NCBI GenBank assembly: GCA_049973735.1
Contig: JBMFJL010000033.1
Coordinates: forward strand, 1-6,219
Source of the DNA: Nanopusillaceae archaeon
Lineage (GTDB): Archaea > Nanobdellota > Nanobdellia > Nanobdellales > Nanobdellaceae
Direction of reading: 5' to 3'
Length of the DNA stretch: 6,219 nt
Part shown: in pieces, positions 1 through 4,621 of the stretch
Layout: every line of letters starts with the position of its first letter
Numbering within the stretch: the first letter of the stretch is position 1
Position numbers and translations under genes: made by a program
The notes under the pieces: model-generated
Databases searched by the model: none
What the model was told of the DNA's origin: nothing
The model's input: the letters and a program-made list of their open reading frames with translations, nothing else

Positions 1-357
1 GGCCCTAGCACATTTCTAAAATCAGCACTCACAAATTCTCTATTAAATTATACTTCTTTTCCAACATCTGGAGGTACTATATATTCATATTTGTTGGTAA
101 ACTCTACGTATGCACAAACAGGATATTATATTTATAATTCAAATCAAGTTTGGGTACCTTTAACATTATTGAATACTTATACAGTAAATTATAATAATTA
201 TACTTATTCTAATCTAAATTATAACCCATTTCAATATCCAACTCTAGGAATAAGTATGCGTGCTGACGCTGGTAGTCTTCAATATATTCAATGGGTAATT
301 GCTAGAGCATATCCTCCAAACGGAGTTATGCCTTATATTATTATTGAGAAGATTTAG
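1..357 (+). CDS. 3' portion of a longer gene whose 5' end lies upstream of the window: Asn/Tyr/Thr-rich putative secreted or surface (glyco)protein
   Basis: Frame 1 is open from nt 1: GPSTFLKSALTNSLLNYTSFPTSGGTIYSY precedes the track's TTG at 91, with no stop. So the TTG start is probably an artefact and the gene continues upstream. Stop TAG at 355-357. Beta-strand-like Asn/Tyr/Thr-rich composition with several N-x-S/T sequons (NYT, NST, NYT). The C-terminus ...WVIARAYPPNGVMPYIIIEKI vaguely recalls C-termini of some archaeal secreted proteins, from unverified memory. No family assigned. Confidence 0.55.
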   Translation, partial: GPSTFLKSALTNSLLNYTSFPTSGGTIYSYLLVNSTYAQTGYYIYNSNQVWVPLTLLNTYTVNYNNYTYSNLNYNPFQYPTLGISMRADAGSLQYIQWVIARAYPPNGVMPYIIIEKI

Positions 358-1156
358 TTTCTTTTTCTTTGATAGATTCAATTACTGCATCAACAATTGT
401 TATTATTAATCCCCAATACATTATATATCCTAATAGATCTGCAAATGATGTAAAATTAAATTCATATAAAACACCAGCTAAGATTAAGAAATAAATTGAA
501 AATATTAAAAATATCCTATAATCCCATTTAAATATTCTTGTTAAAATTATAGAAAGAATTACCAATGCAAGTTGATATAATGAAGGTAAAAATTTCATAA
601 TATAAAATATTAAAGGAATTATAAACAATGTGGAATATTTTTCCATTAAATTTCTCATATCTTTTTCTAATAAATATGTTATTAAAACTAAAACAAAATA
701 TGGTATAAGGAATACTAGTATTTCATATGCAGTAAATATATTTGATAAAAATAAAAATGTGTAAAAAATAAAACCTACAAGAATTCCATTATAATCTTCT
801 TTTTTAGAAATTATAACAAAGAACAATGATGAATAAAATAAGAATGGATTATAATAGAATATTAAAGGTAAGAATATAAATTCTGGATAAATTTTTATAT
901 CTGAAAAATAGAATAAAATAATGTAAAATATTGAAAAAACATATAATAAAAAGTTAAGATTTGTATAATAATACAAAGCATAAGAAATTAGAAATATAAA
1001 CGGAAAAAATAATAATGAAACATTTTTAATTAAAATAAATTTATTTTTTTCATTGAACAAATTTTTTACATCTACCATTTTTAAAATATTTAAATATACA
1101 TAACCTAAAGATATAGTAAATATAATCCACAATATTAAATAAGTTGTTTCTAACAT
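341..1156 (-). CDS. Polytopic integral membrane protein (about 9-10 predicted TM helices), function unknown
   Basis: 271-codon ORF, ATG at 1154-1156, stop TAA at 341-343. Almost continuous Phe/Tyr/Ile/Leu-rich hydrophobic segments of about 20 aa, separated by short charged loops (KNLFNEKNK, SKKEDYNG, EKDMRNLMEKY), with a charged C-terminal tail (ESIKEKETKSSQ). No Cys, so an archaeosortase-type catalytic Cys is absent. No family recognised. Confidence 0.7.
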   Translation of the reverse strand: MLETTYLILWIIFTISLGYVYLNILKMVDVKNLFNEKNKFILIKNVSLLFFPFIFLISYALYYYTNLNFLLYVFSIFYIILFYFSDIKIYPEFIFLPLIFYYNPFLFYSSLFFVIISKKEDYNGILVGFIFYTFLFLSNIFTAYEILVFLIPYFVLVLITYLLEKDMRNLMEKYSTLFIIPLIFYIMKFLPSLYQLALVILSIILTRIFKWDYRIFLIFSIYFLILAGVLYEFNFTSFADLLGYIMYWGLIITIVDAVIESIKEKETKSSQ

Positions 1157-1178
1157 AAGATTAATTTTTTATAGAAAA

Positions 1179-1186
1179 TTTAAAAA
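1179..1186 (-). promoter_or_regulatory. Putative TATA box for the membrane-protein gene (leaderless transcript predicted)
   Basis: Plus-strand TTTAAAAA (minus-strand TTTTTAAA) is centred about 26 nt upstream of the minus-strand ATG at 1156. The same octamer occurs at 1851-1858. The AT-rich background limits certainty. Confidence 0.35.
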
Positions 1187-1219
1187 TTTAGATAAAGTAT
1201 CTTAATTTTCTATTTTTAT

Positions 1220-1294
1220 TAGCGGGGCCCGGATTTGAACCGGGGACCTGGGGGTTATGAGCCCCCCGGGCACTCCAGGCTGCCCTACCCCGCT
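1220..1294 (-). tRNA. Initiator tRNA-Met (anticodon CAT), no intron, CCA not encoded
   Basis: Reverse complement: AGCGGGG-TA-GGGC-AGCCTGGAGT-GCCC-G-GGGGG-CTCATAA-CCCCC-AGGTC-CCCGG-TTCAAAT-CCGGG-CCCCGCT plus discriminator A. This is a full cloverleaf. The A1:U72 pair and the all-G:C anticodon stem are the archaeal initiator signature. About 72% GC by my count, against the AT-rich background. Confidence 0.9.
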
Positions 1295-1310
1295 ATAATA
1301 ATAAAATATA

Positions 1311-1327
1311 AAAATAAAAAAGAAAAG
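1311..1327 (-). terminator. Oligo-T tract downstream of Alba (putative archaeal intrinsic terminator)
   Basis: The minus strand reads CTTTTCTTTTTTATTTT, starting 16 nt after the Alba stop codon. Archaeal termination typically uses oligo-T runs. The region also has to host the tRNA-iMet promoter. Confidence 0.3.
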
Positions 1328-1342
1328 TTTTTCTGTTATATG

Positions 1343-1633
1343 TTATTCCACTTTTGCGAGAACTATTTCTATTGTAGATACTCTTCTCTTTCTTCCACTC
1401 TGATCTACAGCCCTTTCTTCAGAATCTGTTTTTATAGACTTTATATCTACCTGGCCAGCTAGGAATTTTTTTCTTACAACCTCTGCTACATCTACAGCTC
1501 TTGAGATATATCTTCCCCTTGCCTTTATTACAACTTCCTTTGCATCTTGGCTAGTAAATTGCATTACTACTGCTGTTACGTAGTTCATAAATGGTTTGTT
1601 TCCTACGTAGATGATACCTTGTTCTGCCATCAT
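1343..1633 (-). CDS. albA: Alba (Sso10b/Sac10b family) chromatin and RNA-binding protein
   Basis: The 96-aa product has the family hallmarks IYVGNKPFMNYV, VVIKARGRYISRAVDVAEVVRKKF and RVSTIEIVL. Tandem ATG ATG at the start. Stop TAA at 1343-1345. Confidence 0.93.
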   Translation of the reverse strand: MMAEQGIIYVGNKPFMNYVTAVVMQFTSQDAKEVVIKARGRYISRAVDVAEVVRKKFLAGQVDIKSIKTDSEERAVDQSGRKRRVSTIEIVLAKVE

Positions 1634-1827
1634 GAGTAAAGTGACAATCTTTTAACTTTTCTTGTAATATATCCTGCTATCATATTTCTAAGTCTCTTTG
1701 ATGGGATGTCAGCAACAACTTCCAAGATCTTTACATTTTTCTTATAGTCTGTGCTAAATAAGTTACCATATTTTTCAAATATTTTATCTGCTTCTCTTCT
1801 GAATTTACCATGAAGAATTCTACCCAT
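1630..1827 (-). CDS. rps17e: 30S ribosomal protein eS17 (S17e)
   Basis: MGRILHGKFRREADKIFEKYGNLFSTDYKKNVKILEVVADIPSKRLRNMIAGYITRKVKRL matches the archaeal eS17 pattern (MG.I....V.R.A..L.EKY...F..DF..NK........IPSKRLRN.IAGY.TR). The track ORF starts 8 codons earlier at 1851 (MFSLNINI). I prefer the ATG at 1825-1827 because homologues start at MG and the TATA spacing fits. Stop TGA at 1630-1632 overlaps the Alba ATG. Confidence 0.85.
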   Translation of the reverse strand: MGRILHGKFRREADKIFEKYGNLFSTDYKKNVKILEVVADIPSKRLRNMIAGYITRKVKRLSLYS

Positions 1828-1850
1828 TATATTAATATTTAAAGAGAACA

Positions 1851-1858
1851 TTTAAAAA
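1851..1858. promoter_or_regulatory. Putative shared bidirectional TATA element for eS17-Alba (-) and pyrophosphatase (+)
   Basis: TTTAAAAA contains the palindromic core TTTAAA. Its centre (about 1854) lies about 27 nt from both the minus-strand ATG at 1827 and the plus-strand ATG at 1881. This implies leaderless transcripts in both directions. Confidence 0.4.
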
Positions 1859-1880
1859 ACAATACTATAAGAAATATACA

Positions 1881-2396
1881 ATGAAAGCAGGAAAGAACCC
1901 ACCAGAAGATATATATGTATTCATAGAGATACCAAAGGGAAGCAATATAAAATATGAATATGACGAAGAAGATAAGGTAATAAAAATAGACAGAATTTTG
2001 TATACAGCAATGTTTTATCCATTTAATTACGGATTTATTCCAGAGACTTTAGAAGAGGATGGAGATCCATTGGATGTACTGGTCGTATCCTATGATGTAT
2101 TCCTACCAGGTACAGTTCTTAGAGCAAGACCAATAGGAGTATTAATAACTGAAGATGAAGAGGGGATTGATAGAAAAATAATTGCAGTACCACATGATAA
2201 GATAGATCCAAGATTTTCAAATGTAAAAGATATAAAAGACTTACCAGAATCTATATTGAATCAAATAAAGCATTTCTTCGAACATTATAAAGAATTAGAG
2301 CCAGGAAAGTTTGTAAAGGTAAAAGAATTCAGAAATAAGGAGGAAGCATTTAAAATAGTAAAGGAGGCAGTAGAAAGATATAAAAATAAAAAATAA
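1881..2396 (+). CDS. ppa: Family I soluble inorganic pyrophosphatase
   Basis: The 171-aa product carries the diagnostic motifs [32 protein letters not shown] and DRKIIAVP (Asp/Glu/Lys metal and PPi ligands). Length is typical. Stop TAA at 2394-2396. Confidence 0.95.
   Translation: MKAGKNPPEDIYVFIEIPKGSNIKYEYDEEDKVIKIDRILYTAMFYPFNYGFIPETLEEDGDPLDVLVVSYDVFLPGTVLRARPIGVLITEDEEGIDRKIIAVPHDKIDPRFSNVKDIKDLPESILNQIKHFFEHYKELEPGKFVKVKEFRNKEEAFKIVKEAVERYKNKK
2379..2386 (+). promoter_or_regulatory. Putative TATA box driving the C/D sRNA and methyltransferase transcript
   Basis: TATAAAAA lies inside the last codons of ppa. Its centre is about 26-27 nt upstream of G2409, the first base of the C box. 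Confidence 0.35.
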
Positions 2397-2408
2397 TATT
2401 TTATTTTT
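2397..2408 (+). terminator. T-rich tract after ppa (putative oligo-T terminator)
   Basis: TATTTTATTTTT follows the ppa stop codon directly, with a T5 run at 2404-2408. Confidence 0.3.
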
Positions 2409-2457
2409 GTGATGATGCATTACGCTTCTGAGATATGATGATGTTCGCCGCTGCTGA
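2409..2457 (+). ncRNA. Archaeal C/D box sRNA (dual-guide 2'-O-methylation guide RNA)
   Basis: C box GUGAUGA 2409-2415; 12-nt guide UGCAUUACGCUU 2416-2427; D' box CUGA 2428-2431; 3-nt linker GAU; C' box AUGAUGA 2435-2441; 12-nt guide UGUUCGCCGCUG 2442-2453; D box CUGA 2454-2457. Box order is canonical and both spacers are exactly 12 nt. Local GC is well above background. The true ends may extend a few nt on either side. Confidence 0.8.
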
Positions 2458-3527
2458 TGATCATTAAACAAAGTTTTGAGGAACATTATAAAAAATTATT
2501 AAGAGATAAGTATGAATTATTCTTGGAATGGTCATTTAAAATACTAAAAAAATCTATAAGAATAAATACGATAAAGATAAAAGATGATATTAATTTTGAA
2601 AATTTAAAAGATATTTTGTTAGATAAGCAAGATCATTTAAAAGAAAAAGAATTGAAAGAACTTTCTGAAAAGATAGATAATTTATACCATCTGAAGCAAA
2701 ATCCATTTAGATTAAATATTTCTGCAAAAGAAGTATTATCTAGAATAAAAGAATATGGGTGGGAAATTGAAAGGATACCCTTCTATAAATATGGTTTTTG
2801 GGTTAAGGGAGAAAGAAGAGATATAGGAAATACTGTAGAGTTTCAATTAGGATATTATTATCCACAAGAGGCAGCATCTATGATTCCACCAATAGTATTA
2901 AATCCAAGTAAGGATGATTTAATTTTAGATCTAGCTGCTGCTCCAGGATCAAAGACAACTCAAATTGCTATGCATATGGAAAATGAGGGATTAATTATAG
3001 CTAATGATGTTGATATATATAGGATAAAGGCATTGGGGGAAAATTTACAGAGGCAAGGTGTTTTAAATACAATAATAACAATGATGGACGGCAGAAAGAT
3101 AAATAAATTGAACTTGAAATTTGATAAAATATTGTTAGATGCCCCATGTTCTGGTACTGGTGCTATAAGAAAATCCTATAAGACAGTTCACATGTTTAAT
3201 GAAAACACAATAAAAAGATTAAGTAATTTGCAGAAACAATTAATTTTGTCTGCATTCGATTCTTTGAAAGAAGGTGGTTTGCTTGTATATTCTACATGTT
3301 CTGTAGAACCGCTTGAAAACGAATTTGTAGTAGATTATTTGTTATCTAAAAGGGAAAATGCAGTTGTAGAAAAAGTAGATATACCAAATCTAAAGAAATC
3401 TGAATTAATATTCGAATATGAAAATATGAAAATAGAACATGAAGATGAGATAAAGCATACTATTAGACTATGGCCTTGGGATAATGATACAGAAGGATTT
3501 TATATAGCAGCAATAAGAAAAAAATAA
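2457..3527 (+). CDS. NOL1/NOP2/Sun (RsmB/Trm4-like) SAM-dependent RNA cytosine-C5 methyltransferase
   Basis: SAM motif I DLAAAPGSKTTQ; motif IV DAPCSGTG (catalytic Cys231); motif VI YSTCS (Cys281); the upstream QEAASMIPP block; and an N-terminal ...SIRINTIKI pre-catalytic domain. The ATG at 2457 is supported because homology to the family N-terminus begins within the first 10 residues. The substrate (tRNA or rRNA) cannot be told from sequence alone. Confidence 0.9.
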   Translation: MIIKQSFEEHYKKLLRDKYELFLEWSFKILKKSIRINTIKIKDDINFENLKDILLDKQDHLKEKELKELSEKIDNLYHLKQNPFRLNISAKEVLSRIKEYGWEIERIPFYKYGFWVKGERRDIGNTVEFQLGYYYPQEAASMIPPIVLNPSKDDLILDLAAAPGSKTTQIAMHMENEGLIIANDVDIYRIKALGENLQRQGVLNTIITMMDGRKINKLNLKFDKILLDAPCSGTGAIRKSYKTVHMFNENTIKRLSNLQKQLILSAFDSLKEGGLLVYSTCSVEPLENEFVVDYLLSKRENAVVEKVDIPNLKKSELIFEYENMKIEHEDEIKHTIRLWPWDNDTEGFYIAAIRKK

Positions 3528-3530
3528 AAA

Positions 3531-4511
3531 TTAATATAAAAATCTGTTCATTTCTTTTAGAATCTTGTCAATATTATAACCTTTATTTCTAATTGTTATT
3601 GCAAATCTTTTTATGAATAATAGCAAATTTTCACTATCTTTATTTTCTGAGATATATGTATCAAGTTTTAATATAAATCTTTTATAATAATCTGTATCTT
3701 CATATTCTTGAGAAAAAGTTTCAAATAATGTTCCAATAAATGAGATTACTGTAGAAACGTATCCAGAAAATTCTTTTTCATTGACTTTATCATAATTTTT
3801 ATTATACATGTAAAGAAGATTTTCCATTATATTAATGTAGTAAAATAATAAATGTGGGGCTTTTGTAAGTAAAAACTTTGATATATGATAAAATATAATA
3901 TTTTCTCTTAAATCATAATCGAAATCCGATAAATTATAAATATTTCTTAATCTTTTAATACTATCTTCATCTTCAAATAAATTTTTAATTGTATGATATA
4001 CATTAATTAAATTAATATTGCTCAAATCTTTTTCTTCATATAAAATATCTGTTTTTTGAGTAGATACTGTAATATCTGGAAATATAATTGATCTTAAATT
4101 TCTTATTATAGTGGATAGTATGGCATAGTCTAATCCATCATGTTTAATAAACTCTTTTAGATTTATTCTCAACTGTCTGTTGTATTTTATTATACTATTC
4201 AAATTATCTGGGAGTTGTTTTATTACATTATCATTAAAATTTTCAATGATTGATATATAATTCCTTAAGTCTAAATATGAATAAAACCTTTTAACTATGC
4301 AATCAAACTCTTTTAGATCATCAAATTCTTGAGTACAGTCAAGTTCCATATTTTTTAACAATTCTGTTAAGTTATGGGCAAATACTTTAACTTTATTATT
4401 ATTTATATATTTTTGCAATATTCTAAATCCATCAAAAAATTTTTTATCATTTACATCGAATCTCTCAGCAATATATTTTGCTATATCACCATAATTAGTA
4501 GTATTTATCAT
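3531..4511 (-). CDS. Hypothetical protein, 326 aa, soluble, predicted all-alpha, acidic; no family recognised
   Basis: Long uninterrupted ORF with ATG at 4509-4511 and stop TAA at 3531-3533. Codon and amino-acid composition match the neighbours. No TM segments and no recognisable catalytic motif. A TTTAAA box lies about 26 nt upstream of the ATG. Confidence 0.65.
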   Translation of the reverse strand: MINTTNYGDIAKYIAERFDVNDKKFFDGFRILQKYINNNKVKVFAHNLTELLKNMELDCTQEFDDLKEFDCIVKRFYSYLDLRNYISIIENFNDNVIKQLPDNLNSIIKYNRQLRINLKEFIKHDGLDYAILSTIIRNLRSIIFPDITVSTQKTDILYEEKDLSNINLINVYHTIKNLFEDEDSIKRLRNIYNLSDFDYDLRENIIFYHISKFLLTKAPHLLFYYINIMENLLYMYNKNYDKVNEKEFSGYVSTVISFIGTLFETFSQEYEDTDYYKRFILKLDTYISENKDSENLLLFIKRFAITIRNKGYNIDKILKEMNRFLY

Positions 4512-4534
4512 TTAATAATAAATATAATTAAATC

Positions 4535-4540
4535 TTTAAA
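4535..4540 (-). promoter_or_regulatory. Putative TATA core for the 326-aa hypothetical gene (leaderless)
   Basis: Palindromic TTTAAA centred about 26-27 nt upstream of the ATG at 4511, in the 35-nt spacer between the tRNA-Arg 3' end and the CDS. Confidence 0.35.
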
Positions 4541-4546
4541 CTTAAA

Positions 4547-4621
4547 TGCCCCCGCGGGGATTCGAACCCCGGATCTCCAGGACCGAAGCCCGGAATGTTG
4601 TCCTGGCTACACTACGGGGGC
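4547..4621 (-). tRNA. tRNA-Arg (anticodon TCG), no intron, CCA not encoded
   Basis: Reverse complement: GCCCCCG-TA-GTGT-AGCCAGGACA-ACAT-T-CCGGG-CTTCGGT-CCTGG-AGATC-CGGGG-TTCGAAT-CCCCG-CGGGGGC-A. Full cloverleaf with anticodon loop CU-UCG-GU. GC-rich island. Confidence 0.9.

Noticed and set aside
1235-1462. 75-aa plus-strand ORF from the six-frame track
   Set aside because: Its N-terminus is simply a translation of the antisense strand of the GC-rich initiator tRNA. The rest runs antisense to the well-supported Alba CDS. It has a low-complexity product and no homology.
1828-1851. 8-codon N-terminal extension (MFSLNINI) of eS17 given by the ORF track
   Set aside because: Archaeal eS17 proteins begin at the MG... 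position. The extension would also run right up to the only good TATA candidate (1851-1858), leaving no promoter spacing. The start at 1827 fits both homology and the -26 TATA spacing. It is not fully excluded without TSS or proteomic data.
2295-2486. 63-aa minus-strand ORF from the six-frame track
   Set aside because: It runs antisense to the 3' end of ppa, the C/D box sRNA and the methyltransferase start. All three are far better supported. The product looks like an AT-rich frame artefact.
3850-3900. An R-x6-H spacing (RENIIFYH) in the 326-aa helical protein, reminiscent of the HEPN Rx4-6H nuclease motif
   Set aside because: This is a single short pattern in a 326-aa protein and is expected by chance. 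The residue after Arg is not the usual Asn/His/Asp. No partner gene (toxin-antitoxin or CRISPR accessory) is nearby. Evidence is insufficient to call HEPN. The coordinates are approximate.
1220-4621. Split, permuted or intron-containing tRNA genes, as known for initiator tRNA-Met in Nanoarchaeum equitans
   Set aside because: Both complete tRNAs (iMet and Arg) fold as contiguous cloverleaves of 74-75 nt. Neither has an insertion after position 37 or a bulge-helix-bulge motif. The tRNA-Leu is incomplete only because the window ends.
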